64,000 nt of DNA, taken from Flavobacteriaceae bacterium (GTDB lineage Bacteria > Bacteroidota > Bacteroidia > Flavobacteriales > Flavobacteriaceae). Shown here in pieces: positions 18,346 to 27,519 of the stretch. Every line of letters starts with the position of its first letter. The first letter of the stretch is position 1. A program made the position numbers and the translations under genes. A model generated the notes under the pieces. The model ran no database searches. It worked only from the letters and a program-made list of their open reading frames with translations, and was not told the origin of the DNA. The stretch covers positions 54,825-118,824 of the forward strand of contig JBMYWH010000004.1 in NCBI GenBank assembly GCA_049607205.1, in the 5' to 3' direction.

Positions 18346-21300
18346 TTGAAACTAATTAAGCTATTTATTTTTCAGTTAATTCTGGGACTTGGACTTATGA
18401 ATGTAAGTCAAGTCAAAGCTCAAGATGTACTACTAGATGTCGAAGTGAAGCATGCTGTTGCTCAAGGTACAGGCGTGTTTTTGGTTGGTGATTTGATTGT
18501 GTTTGAGTATGCAGTAACCAATCAAACTGCAGATACAATTAAAGATTACTTTTTAGATTTGACTCTACCAGATAATTTTGTGGTTTTTCCAGGTTCAAGT
18601 TACATTCCAACGAATATAGCCTTATTTATAGATGTAGTTCCTCCTGGAGAAACCAAGGTTCAAGAAACTACAATTTATGAAATAATTGGTGCCGGTATTA
18701 TTCCCATAGAAATAAAAGATGTTGATGATACGGTCAGTGATCAAACTGAAATTCAAGTTTTAGAGAAGTCTAATTTACAGCTTTTAAAAAGAGTTCAAAC
18801 GAATTATAGCGGTGCTTATGTTGTTGACAACGCTGTTGCGGGTATCAATGAGAATTTGACCTATGAATTAGCTGTGTATAATGATGGTCCAAGTGATGTT
18901 ACAGGGGCATCTCTAGAGGATGACCTTCCTATGGGGATGGAATTTGTTTCTGCTTCCAATGGAGGTGTCTATGATTCGGATAATCATCGCGTGAATTGGT
19001 CGGGATTGAGTATTGCAGCTGGAGGGACTCTTTTAATTGAAGTGGAAGTAAAAGCCTTAGAGGAGGGTCTGTTTACCAATACAGCAAATGTTTCAAACTT
19101 TGCACAATACGATGAGGATTTATCTGACAATAGCTCTGAAGTTGGGGTAGAGGTAAGGCCTTTATATGATTTAAGTTTGTCTAAAACGATTCAATCTGTG
19201 AACAGTCCTGTTCAAGAAGGTGATATCATTGAGTTTGTTCTTAGACTCTCTAACGATGATCGTGTTGCACTCGAAGGACCGTTTGAAGTTGAAGATTTAG
19301 TGCCTAATGGTTATGCAGTTATCGATACTGATTTAGATCCACAACTAAGCTTTGATGTGGATACGGGGCTTATACGCTGGGTATATCCAGATAACCTTGA
19401 CTTGAATGAGACTGTAGAAGTTAGATTTCCAGTGCAAGTTAAAAGAGATGGATCAGGAGTGAATTTTGTAAATACTGCAACCATAAGTTCTGAAACTGAT
19501 TTAGATACGAATCCTGGAAATAATTCATCTAGTGCGGGAGGCACCCCTACAGAAAATTTAAATTATAAAGATTTAGGTGTTTTTCAGAGAGTTACTAGTT
19601 CGTATGGAGACTCAAGAGCTAATGTGGGAGAAGAGGTGCAGTTCGATGTTGTAATTCTTAATGCAGGATTAGTAAATCTTGGATTAGGAACAGTTTTAGA
19701 AATTACACTTCCTGATGGTTTAGAGCTTAATGATTATGATATTGCTTTATTTGAATACAACAGTACGACACGAATTTTATCAACAACTTTAGAGGCAGAT
19801 ATTCCTATTTTTAATTTTTTGAGTTTTAGCTATACTGCTATTGTTCAAAATGCTGCTTCTAGTTATGATATAGTAGCTGAGATTATAATTGAAGATGATT
19901 TGTTGGCAAATAATATATTTTCTAATTCCATAGAAGCAGTGCCTGTTGCAGATTTGGAAATTATTCATTCTTATTCAGAAGTTGTTGATGCTGATGGTCA
20001 ATTATTAGTTGGTGAACAAGTACAATTTGATATTTCTCTTACAAATCAAGGGCCAAGTATCAGTGATTCACCAATTGAAGTGTATCATGATTTACCTTTG
20101 GATGCGCTTTATGTTTCAAGTGAACCAGAAGGGGTTTATGATGAAGTTTCACACCGAGTTACTTGGACTGTTGAAGCATTAGCTGAGGATGAAAACCTTA
20201 TTTTCAATGTAATTGCTGAGCTGACTCAATCAGGGAACTTATCCTCTCGAGTTGAGGTTGTCCCATTGACGACTTTAGATTTAGATCTATCTAATAATAT
20301 TCATATTATCTCTGGTATAGAAGTTTTTGAGGCAGTTGATATTGAAGTGAGTCAAGTAATCAATACTGTTGATAATCCTGTAGCTGGAGATCAGGTACAA
20401 GTAATAGTTAGCGTGCTTAATAAAGGACCGAATCAAGCCACGAATTTGGTTTTTGAAAATTATATTCCTGATGGTTATCAGGTGGATGTAGCAAGTATAA
20501 CTGGCGCAGGGGTTCTTAGTGGAACGAGTATAATTTGGAGCTTAGCTTCTTTAGATGGAGATGAAGTAGTACAGACTTTTCAGTATACAGCCGAGCTTAT
20601 TAGTCCTGCAGTTTCTTATTATAATGCAGTGGAATTAGTTGCCTGTGATCAGATCGATATAGATAGTAGTCCTGATTCTTTAATGGCAGATCATCCTGAT
20701 GACTTAGAAGATGACGAAAGTATAGAAAAGGTAAACTTTTTGCCTTTAGCTGTGGATGATACTTATGAAATTATACAAGGTGCTCTTGGGAATCTAGAGG
20801 TTCTCTTTAATGATTCTTTTGGTCTTGATGGACCTGGAGATCCTTTGATGGAAATTGTTGTAGATCCTGTTTTTGGTTCAGTTGACTATAGTCTAGGTGA
20901 TGATGGCGTATTAAGTGTTGATGATTATTTCATCTATACGGCCAATCCTGGATATTATGGTGAAGATTCTTTTACATATGTTATTTATGATTCTGATGGT
21001 GATAGTTCAAGTGCTCAAGTGAATATTGTTGTGCTAGAGGATGTAGATGGTGACGGTGTCGTCGGAGATGATGATCTGGATAGCGATAATGATGGAATTC
21101 TTAACATTGTAGAAGGAACTGGAGATACCGATGGGGACGGAATTCAGGATTATTTAGATTCGGATTCGGATGATGATGGAATTTTAGATCTATATGAAGC
21201 TCAAGGAGAAGGAGTGCTAATTGAACCTTCAGGTGTTTATGATGTAAATGGTGTGGATATGGCATTTGGTACCGGTTTAAGTCCTGTGGATACAGATAGT

Positions 21301-21918
21301 GACGGAATACCTAATTATTTAGATTTGGATTCTGATGGAGATAGTGTTGAGGATAGTATAGAGAATTGGGATTTAAACGCTGATGGAGTGGCAGATGTTT
21401 TAAGTAGTGGTATTGACACTGATTTTGATGGAGTAGATGATGCATATAGTTTGAGTGTTCTTGATTTAATCGATACTGACATGGATGGCTATTACGACTA
21501 TGTTGATGTGGATGATGATGGGGATGGTGTTTTAACCATAGAAGAGGATTTGAATTCGGATGGAGATTTGACCAATGACGATTGCGATATGGATGGGGTG
21601 GTTGATTATCTAGATGCGGACTCTTGTTCTTTAGATATTATTAAGGGTATTTCACCCAACGGAGATGGTATTAATGATGTTTTTGAAATAGATGGACTTC
21701 AGAATTTATATCCAGATTTTGAAATGAGAATTATGGATCGATGGGGTGGTTTGGTGTTTAAATATAAGCACAATGGTTCTAGAACTGAGTCTGCTACTTG
21801 GTGGAACGGAACTGATATGAAAGGGAAGGCTGTTCAAGAGGGAACGTATTATTATATTTTAGACTATAATAGTGGTTCAAAAAAATCAACTAAAGACTGG
21901 GTGTTTGTAAAATGGTAG
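18346..21918 (+). CDS. large T9SS-secreted adhesin (DUF11 repeats, cadherin-like domain, TSP3 calcium-binding repeats, type-B CTD)
   Basis: 1190 aa. The TTG start is needed to retain the signal peptide ([25 protein letters not shown]|QD). Domain evidence is given in the three sub-features below. Confidence 0.85.
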   Translation: MKLIKLFIFQLILGLGLMNVSQVKAQDVLLDVEVKHAVAQGTGVFLVGDLIVFEYAVTNQTADTIKDYFLDLTLPDNFVVFPGSSYIPTNIALFIDVVPPGETKVQETTIYEIIGAGIIPIEIKDVDDTVSDQTEIQVLEKSNLQLLKRVQTNYSGAYVVDNAVAGINENLTYELAVYNDGPSDVTGASLEDDLPMGMEFVSASNGGVYDSDNHRVNWSGLSIAAGGTLLIEVEVKALEEGLFTNTANVSNFAQYDEDLSDNSSEVGVEVRPLYDLSLSKTIQSVNSPVQEGDIIEFVLRLSNDDRVALEGPFEVEDLVPNGYAVIDTDLDPQLSFDVDTGLIRWVYPDNLDLNETVEVRFPVQVKRDGSGVNFVNTATISSETDLDTNPGNNSSSAGGTPTENLNYKDLGVFQRVTSSYGDSRANVGEEVQFDVVILNAGLVNLGLGTVLEITLPDGLELNDYDIALFEYNSTTRILSTTLEADIPIFNFLSFSYTAIVQNAASSYDIVAEIIIEDDLLANNIFSNSIEAVPVADLEIIHSYSEVVDADGQLLVGEQVQFDISLTNQGPSISDSPIEVYHDLPLDALYVSSEPEGVYDEVSHRVTWTVEALAEDENLIFNVIAELTQSGNLSSRVEVVPLTTLDLDLSNNIHIISGIEVFEAVDIEVSQVINTVDNPVAGDQVQVIVSVLNKGPNQATNLVFENYIPDGYQVDVASITGAGVLSGTSIIWSLASLDGDEVVQTFQYTAELISPAVSYYNAVELVACDQIDIDSSPDSLMADHPDDLEDDESIEKVNFLPLAVDDTYEIIQGALGNLEVLFNDSFGLDGPGDPLMEIVVDPVFGSVDYSLGDDGVLSVDDYFIYTANPGYYGEDSFTYVIYDSDGDSSSAQVNIVVLEDVDGDGVVGDDDLDSDNDGILNIVEGTGDTDGDGIQDYLDSDSDDDGILDLYEAQGEGVLIEPSGVYDVNGVDMAFGTGLSPVDTDSDGIPNYLDLDSDGDSVEDSIENWDLNADGVADVLSSGIDTDFDGVDDAYSLSVLDLIDTDMDGYYDYVDVDDDGDGVLTIEEDLNSDGDLTNDDCDMDGVVDYLDADSCSLDIIKGISPNGDGINDVFEIDGLQNLYPDFEMRIMDRWGGLVFKYKHNGSRTESATWWNGTDMKGKAVQEGTYYYILDYNSGSKKSTKDWVFVKW
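18427..20610 (+). repeat. six DUF11-type (conserved repeat domain) modules, coding
   Basis: Recurrent pattern L.L.K....v..Gd.v.f...v.N.GP..at...v.D.lP.g. Example: [33 protein letters not shown]. Boundaries approximate. Confidence 0.6.
21040..21630 (+). repeat. Asp-rich thrombospondin type-3-like calcium-binding repeat array, coding
   Basis: Repeated DxDxDGxxDxxD units: [69 protein letters not shown]. Boundaries approximate. Confidence 0.65.
21621..21915 (+). other. T9SS type-B C-terminal sorting domain (gliding motility-associated CTD)
   Basis: [37 protein letters not shown]...[20 protein letters not shown], the classic type-B CTD signature. Confidence 0.8.
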
Positions 21919-21920
21919 TT

Positions 21921-22832
21921 ATGAAAAGAAAATCAGTTTTATTTAAAAGTATACTTTGGTTGTTTGTGCTTTCTTTTTTTCAATCAAATGCGCAACAAGA
22001 TCCTTTATTTACCCAGTATATGTATAATATGAATATTATTAATCCAGCTTATGCAGGAAGTGTGGAGGCGGCTGAATTCGGTCTTAATACCAGAGCACAG
22101 TGGGTTAATTTTGAAGGAAGTCCTAAGACTTTGACATTTGCTTTTAGTAGCCCTGTTCCTATGCTTGAGAATTTTGGAATGGGTCTTTCTTTAGTTTCAG
22201 ATATAAGTGGTCCTTTGACAAATCAAGATATTTATCTTGACTTTTCATATCAATTACAGATTCATAGTACAGGTGCTTTGTCACTAGGGCTGAAGGCAGG
22301 GAATACATTAAGTTTTTTTGATAATTCTTATTTCACTGATGATCCCGCTTATGGAGGTATTGAAAATTCAAATCATTGGAATGTTGGTGCTGGGCTGTAT
22401 TACCAGGACCGCTCTATATATGTGAGTCTCTCGGTTCCACAGATATTTAATTACGAACAAGAATTGGGTTCTGAGCTAAATTCTATAAATAGACAAGTGT
22501 ATTTAAGCGCTGGTTATGTATATACTCTTGAGCGTTATCTGCAAATTAAGCCTTCGATGCTCGTTCGCTATTCGGAGAATGAACCGGTATCTTTTGACCT
22601 TAATACGAATTTATTGTGGTATGAGACTTTTGAAACTGGAGTGTCGTATCGCTATAATTCTTCTGTTAGTTTACTTTTTAACATGAAAGTAATGGAGAAC
22701 TTAAGAGTGGGGTATTCCTTTGATTATGGGATTGGACCATTGATGGGTTCTAATGCTACCTCACATGAGATTTTCTTATTATATGACCTTCAAAGTAAGC
22801 GTCAGAGATTTACTTCTCCAAGGTTTTTTTAA
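21921..22832 (+). CDS. T9SS membrane protein PorP/SprF family
   Basis: Signature QQDPLFTQYMYNMNIINPAYAG after the signal peptide. Beta-barrel-like, ends in F. Alternative ATG at 21912. Confidence 0.88.
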   Translation: MKRKSVLFKSILWLFVLSFFQSNAQQDPLFTQYMYNMNIINPAYAGSVEAAEFGLNTRAQWVNFEGSPKTLTFAFSSPVPMLENFGMGLSLVSDISGPLTNQDIYLDFSYQLQIHSTGALSLGLKAGNTLSFFDNSYFTDDPAYGGIENSNHWNVGAGLYYQDRSIYVSLSVPQIFNYEQELGSELNSINRQVYLSAGYVYTLERYLQIKPSMLVRYSENEPVSFDLNTNLLWYETFETGVSYRYNSSVSLLFNMKVMENLRVGYSFDYGIGPLMGSNATSHEIFLLYDLQSKRQRFTSPRFF

Positions 22833-22872
22833 CAAGATATTAACAATGGGTTAGGTGAATGTAAATTTATGT

Positions 22873-22880
22873 TATATTTG
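22873..22880 (+). promoter_or_regulatory. orphan Bacteroidota -7 promoter box
   Basis: TATATTTG, 41 nt after the porP/sprF stop and about 85 nt before a strong terminator. No ORF follows. Confidence 0.35.
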
Positions 22881-22965
22881 CTCAGGAAAATTTGATTTTA
22901 TCAGTATAAAATCATCCTCCATACCCAAAAATATTGTGAATATGTTTCACTTTGACTAACTCATG

Positions 22966-22996
22966 AACCTCTTTCAATTTGGAAGAGGTTTTTTTA
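22966..22996 (+). terminator. Rho-independent terminator
   Basis: AACCTCTTTC / GGAAGAGGTT stem (10 bp, one G-U), 5-nt loop, T7 run. The ORF-track ileS ORF (22979...) wrongly reads through it. Confidence 0.8.
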
Positions 22997-23042
22997 TGTT
23001 TGCTTTATAAAATATATGTCAGAAAAAGTTATAAAATTTGCT

Positions 23043-23050
23043 TAATTTTG
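23043..23050 (+). promoter_or_regulatory. Bacteroidota -7 promoter box for ileS
   Basis: TAATTTTG, 24 nt upstream of ATG 23075. Confidence 0.5.
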
Positions 23051-23074
23051 CCGCTCAATCTAATTATTGTAAAA

Positions 23075-26000
23075 ATGAGTACTAAGTTTAGAGAATACAA
23101 GGGGTTAAGCTTGACAAATATAGCTTCAGAAATAGGTGATTTTTGGAAGAATCAGGATATTTTCGAGAAGAGTATTAGCAGCCGTGATGGAGGGAAGCCG
23201 TTTGTGTTTTTTGAAGGTCCGCCTTCAGCAAATGGTTTACCAGGGATCCACCATGTTATTGGAAGAACGATTAAGGATATCTTTCCTCGTTACAAGACTA
23301 TGAAGGGTTACCAGGTGAAGCGTAAAGCAGGATGGGATACTCATGGGCTTCCAGTTGAACTGGGGGTTGAGAAAGAATTAGGTATTACTAAAGAAGATAT
23401 TGGTACTAAGATTTCTATAGAAGAGTATAATGAGGCTTGTAAAAAAGCTGTCATGAAATACACAGATATTTGGAATAATTTAACCGAAAGAATTGGGTAT
23501 TGGGTAGATATGGAAGATCCATATATTACCTATAAGCCTAAATATATGGAAACTGTATGGTGGTTGTTGTCTGAATTGTATAACAAAGATTTGTTGTATA
23601 AAGGATATACTATTCAGCCATATTCTCCTAAAGCAGGAACGGGTTTAAGTTCTCATGAAATTAATCAACCTGGAGCATATCAAGATGTAACTGATACTAC
23701 AATTGTAGCTCAGTTCAAAGCGGTTAAAGAAACCCTACCGGAGCAACTACAAAAGTATGAAGGACCAATTCATTTTTTGGCTTGGACAACTACTCCGTGG
23801 ACTTTGCCATCTAATACAGCTTTAACAGTAGGAAAGAAGATTGACTATGTTTTAGTTGAAACGTTTAACCAATACACTTTTGAACCTTCTCGTGTGATTC
23901 TTGCTAAGAATTTAGTTGGAAAACAGTTTTCTAAAAAGTTCATAGCTGTTGAAACAGAAGAAGAATTAAAAGCGTATAAGGCAGGGGATAAAAAGATTCC
24001 ATATAGAATTGTGGAAGAGTTTAAAGGGGCTGATGTGCTTGAATCAAGTTATGAACAGTTGTTGCCATTAGCTTTACCTTATCAAAATGCTGAGAATGCC
24101 TTTAGAGTGATATCGGGTGATTTCGTAACGACTGAAGATGGTACTGGAATTGTTCATACAGCACCTACTTTTGGTGCGGATGATGCCTTGGTTGCTAAAC
24201 AAGCTAGCCCAGAAATACCACCTTTGCTCGTGATGGATGCCAACGAGAATCCAGTGCCATTGGTAGATCTTCAAGGACGTTTTATTCAGGGCCTAGGAGA
24301 TTATTCTGGTAAGTATGTGAAATCCGAATACTACGCTGATGGCGAAGCTCCAGAGAAGTCTGTAGATGTTGAAATTGCCATCCAGTTAAAAGAGGAGAAC
24401 AAGGCGTTCCATGTTGAGAAGTATAAGCACAGTTACCCTCATTGTTGGAGAACGGATAAACCGGTATTGTATTACCCATTGGATTCTTGGTTTATCAAAG
24501 TAACAGAGGAAAGAGATCGTATGTTCGAATTGAACGAGACCATCAATTGGAAACCTAAATCTACAGGAGAAGGACGATTCGGAAATTGGCTGAAAAATGC
24601 TAATGATTGGAATTTGTCCCGATCTAGATACTGGGGAATTCCTCTTCCAATTTGGAGAACTGAAGATGGATCAGAAACTAAAATGATAGGTTCTGTCGCT
24701 CAATTAAAAGAAGAGATTGGTAAGTCTTTGGAAGCTGGAATTATGACGGAAGATCCTTTTGCGGATTTTGAAGTAGGAAATATGTCAGAGGAGAATTATG
24801 ATAAAATCGATTTACACAAGAATATTGTTGATGGTATTTATCTAGTTTCGCAGAGTGGTGAAAAGATGACTCGAGAGTCTGATCTTATTGATGTTTGGTT
24901 TGATTCTGGATCTATGCCCTATGCACAATGGCATTATCCATTTGAAAACAAAGAATTGATCGATGAGAATAAATTTTTCCCAGCGGACTTTATTGCGGAA
25001 GGTGTAGATCAAACTAGAGGATGGTTCTATACACTTCATGCTATTGCAACGATGGTTTTTGACTCGGTTGCATATAAAAATGTTGTATCCAATGGACTAG
25101 TTTTAGATAAATTTGGTAAAAAGATGTCTAAGCGTTTAGGAAATGGAATTGACCCATTTGAAACTATGGATAAGTATGGTCCTGATGCTACGCGTTGGTA
25201 TATGATTTCAAATGCTAATCCTTGGGATAATTTGAAGTTTGATGTAGACGGTATTGATGAGGTGAGAAGAAAGTTTTTTGGAACTTTATACAACACCTAC
25301 AGTTTCTTTACCCTATACGCTAATATTGATGGATTTGACTATTCTGAAGCGGATATTGCTTTAGAGAATAGACCGGAGATTGATCGTTGGATTCTATCAG
25401 AATTAAACACGCTAATTTCCGAGGTTGAAAAGTCTTATGAAAACTATGAGCCTACTAGAGCAGCTAGAGCCATTCAAGATTTTGTAACGGAAAACTTGAG
25501 TAATTGGTTTGTGAGATTAAGTAGAAGAAGATTCTGGAAGGGTGATTATGGACAGGATAAGATTTCTGCCTATCAAACCTTATTCCAGTGTATGTTGAAA
25601 GTATCTCAATTGAGTGCTCCAATAGCGCCATTTTTTGCAGATAACTTGTATAGAGACCTTATGGCTGGAACTGTAATTGAAGGTGCAGAATCCGTGCATT
25701 TATCGGATTTCCCTGTAAGTGATTCTGGCTGTATCGACAAAGATCTTGAGCGTAAAATGCAAAAGGCACAACGTATTTCATCTATGGTTCTTTCCTTGAG
25801 AAAAAAGGAAATGATTAAGGTGCGTCAGCCTTTACAGAGGGTTATGATCCCTGTCTTAGATGCCCAAGACAGAGAAGATATCCAGGCAGTTCAATCCTTA
25901 ATTATTTCTGAAGTAAACGTTAAAGAGATTGAGTTGTTAGATGATGCTTCAGGTATATTAGTAAAGCAAATTAAACCTAATTTTAAGGTTCTAGGACCTA

Positions 26001-26482
26001 AATTTGGTAAAGACATGAGAGTTATTAGTGCTGTTATTCAGTCTTTTAATCAAGAGCAGATAAATGTGATTGAAAAAGAAGGTGAAATTTCTGTTGATGT
26101 AAATGGAAATTTTGTAGTTTTAACACTTGCAGATGTGGAGATAAGCTCTCAAGATATCGAAGGATGGTTAGTTGCTAATCAAAGTGGATTGACGGTAGCT
26201 TTAGATATTCATATCTCGGAGGAATTACGTAAGGAAGGGATTGCTAGAGAATTAATCAATAGGGTTCAAAACCTTCGTAAGGAATCAGGACTAGATGTAG
26301 TAGATAAAATAGAATTGACACTGAAAACTAATGAAGAATTAGAGGAAGCTGTTAAAGCTAATATAGACTATATCAAAAATGAAACTCTTACTTCAAAACT
26401 CAGTTTTGACGAGCAAGTAAATGAGGCAGTTGAAGTTGAATTTGATGGAATTAAGAGTAGTATATTAATTCAAAAAGTTTAA
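23075..26482 (+). CDS. ileS: isoleucine--tRNA ligase (type 2)
   Basis: PSANGLPGIHHVIGR (HIGH-like) and KMSKR motifs, 1135 aa from MSTKFREYKG. The upstream 32 codons of the track ORF span a terminator and a promoter. Confidence 0.97.
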   Translation: MSTKFREYKGLSLTNIASEIGDFWKNQDIFEKSISSRDGGKPFVFFEGPPSANGLPGIHHVIGRTIKDIFPRYKTMKGYQVKRKAGWDTHGLPVELGVEKELGITKEDIGTKISIEEYNEACKKAVMKYTDIWNNLTERIGYWVDMEDPYITYKPKYMETVWWLLSELYNKDLLYKGYTIQPYSPKAGTGLSSHEINQPGAYQDVTDTTIVAQFKAVKETLPEQLQKYEGPIHFLAWTTTPWTLPSNTALTVGKKIDYVLVETFNQYTFEPSRVILAKNLVGKQFSKKFIAVETEEELKAYKAGDKKIPYRIVEEFKGADVLESSYEQLLPLALPYQNAENAFRVISGDFVTTEDGTGIVHTAPTFGADDALVAKQASPEIPPLLVMDANENPVPLVDLQGRFIQGLGDYSGKYVKSEYYADGEAPEKSVDVEIAIQLKEENKAFHVEKYKHSYPHCWRTDKPVLYYPLDSWFIKVTEERDRMFELNETINWKPKSTGEGRFGNWLKNANDWNLSRSRYWGIPLPIWRTEDGSETKMIGSVAQLKEEIGKSLEAGIMTEDPFADFEVGNMSEENYDKIDLHKNIVDGIYLVSQSGEKMTRESDLIDVWFDSGSMPYAQWHYPFENKELIDENKFFPADFIAEGVDQTRGWFYTLHAIATMVFDSVAYKNVVSNGLVLDKFGKKMSKRLGNGIDPFETMDKYGPDATRWYMISNANPWDNLKFDVDGIDEVRRKFFGTLYNTYSFFTLYANIDGFDYSEADIALENRPEIDRWILSELNTLISEVEKSYENYEPTRAARAIQDFVTENLSNWFVRLSRRRFWKGDYGQDKISAYQTLFQCMLKVSQLSAPIAPFFADNLYRDLMAGTVIEGAESVHLSDFPVSDSGCIDKDLERKMQKAQRISSMVLSLRKKEMIKVRQPLQRVMIPVLDAQDREDIQAVQSLIISEVNVKEIELLDDASGILVKQIKPNFKVLGPKFGKDMRVISAVIQSFNQEQINVIEKEGEISVDVNGNFVVLTLADVEISSQDIEGWLVANQSGLTVALDIHISEELRKEGIARELINRVQNLRKESGLDVVDKIELTLKTNEELEEAVKANIDYIKNETLTSKLSFDEQVNEAVEVEFDGIKSSILIQKV

Positions 26483-26485
26483 GTT

Positions 26486-26866
26486 ATGACAGAAAATGTA
26501 GTGCGTTATTCGGACAGCGATTTAGCTGAATTTAGAGAAATTATCTTGAAGAAGATTAAAAGAGCTGAAGAAGATTTGGAGCTTTTGAATAGTTCCTACA
26601 AAAATGGTGCTCATAACGGTACGGATGATACTTCTCCAACATTTAAGGCTTTTGAGGAAGGTGCTGAAACCATGTCAAAAGAAGCAAATGTTCAATTGGC
26701 AATTCGTCAAGAGAAATTTATTAGAGATTTGAAAAATGCTCTAATGAGAATTGAAAATAAAACCTATGGGGTATGTAGAGCAACTGGAAAGTTGATTCAA
26801 AAAGAACGCTTAAAACTCGTTCCTCATGCCACTTTAAGTATAGAGGCAAAAATGCGTCAAGCATAA
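26486..26866 (+). CDS. DksA/TraR-family regulator (Cys-poor variant)
   Basis: 126 aa. Coiled-coil N-part and a C-terminal DksA-like segment (YGVCRATGKLIQKERLKLVPHATLS) with only one of the four canonical zinc-finger Cys. Confidence 0.72.
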   Translation: MTENVVRYSDSDLAEFREIILKKIKRAEEDLELLNSSYKNGAHNGTDDTSPTFKAFEEGAETMSKEANVQLAIRQEKFIRDLKNALMRIENKTYGVCRATGKLIQKERLKLVPHATLSIEAKMRQA

Positions 26867-26874
26867 GTAAATTT

Positions 26875-26904
26875 AGCTGCTCATTTTTGAGCAGCTTTTT
26901 TTTT
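26875..26904 (+). terminator. Rho-independent terminator
   Basis: AGCTGCTCA / TGAGCAGCT stem, TTTT loop, T9 run 26896-26904. Confidence 0.8.
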
Positions 26905-26909
26905 ATCCC

Positions 26910-26917
26910 TAAATTTG
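26910..26917 (+). promoter_or_regulatory. Bacteroidota -7 promoter box for lspA
   Basis: TAAATTTG, only 5 nt before ATG 26923. TTTG at 26886-26889 is spaced about right for a -33 element. Confidence 0.45.
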
Positions 26918-26922
26918 CTTCA

Positions 26923-27519
26923 ATGAAAAAATATATAGCCCTTGTTGTCCTTGTTTTGATTCTTGACCAGTGGTCAAAAATCTATATTAAAACTAATTTC
27001 ATGCTCGGTGAAGAAATTCGAGTATTTGATTGGTTTAGAATTCACTTTATTGAAAATAATGGAGCCGCATGGGGGGCTGAAATTGGAGGCGTAGGAGGAA
27101 AATTAGCATTGACGATTTTCAGAATTTTTGCCGTTGGAGGGATCTCATATTGGCTATACAAATCCTATCGTGAAGGGGCTTCTCAAATTCTATTGATCTC
27201 TGTCTCTTTTATATTAGCTGGTGCGGTTGGAAATATTATTGATTCTGTTTTTTACGGTCTTATATTTGACGATTCCGTGAATCATGTTGCAACATTATTC
27301 TCAGAGAATCCTTATGGTAAGCTATTCCAGGGGAAGGTTGTAGACATGTTGTATTTTCCGATGTATAGTGATTATTTACCTTCTTGGATGCCGATAGTTG
27401 GAGGGAAGTACTTTACTTTTTTTAACGCTATCTTCAATCTTGCCGATGCTGCTATTTCCCTAGGGGTGATTTTGCTAGTAGTCTTTAATAAAAGAGTATT
27501 TCCTAAAAAAGAAGCTTAA
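26923..27519 (+). CDS. lspA: lipoprotein signal peptidase II
   Basis: LDQWSK, NNGAAWG and FNLADAAIS motifs, four TM segments. Start at MKKYIAL, not ORF-track 26887, which overlaps the terminator. Confidence 0.9.
   Translation: MKKYIALVVLVLILDQWSKIYIKTNFMLGEEIRVFDWFRIHFIENNGAAWGAEIGGVGGKLALTIFRIFAVGGISYWLYKSYREGASQILLISVSFILAGAVGNIIDSVFYGLIFDDSVNHVATLFSENPYGKLFQGKVVDMLYFPMYSDYLPSWMPIVGGKYFTFFNAIFNLADAAISLGVILLVVFNKRVFPKKEA

Noticed and set aside
21040-21630. Highly repetitive GAT/GAC-rich DNA that could be mistaken for a tandem repeat or CRISPR-like array.
   Set aside because: It is in frame within the adhesin and encodes TSP3-type DxDxDG repeats. There are no constant repeats with unique spacers.
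22942-23010. Mini-ORFs MFHFD (22942-22959) and MNLFQFGRGFFMFAL (22963-23010) as a possible attenuation leader peptide for ileS.
   Set aside because: They contain no Ile codons, as an ileS attenuator would require, and ileS has its own promoter box after the terminator. They are mentioned only as an alternative in the sRNA finding.
22979-23074. N-terminal 32-codon extension of the ileS ORF in the track (TTG 22979, MEEVFLCLLYKIYV...).
   Set aside because: It starts inside the terminator hairpin at 22966-22996 and reads through the TAATTTTG promoter box at 23043-23050. The conserved IleRS N-terminus begins at MSTKFREYKG (ATG 23075).
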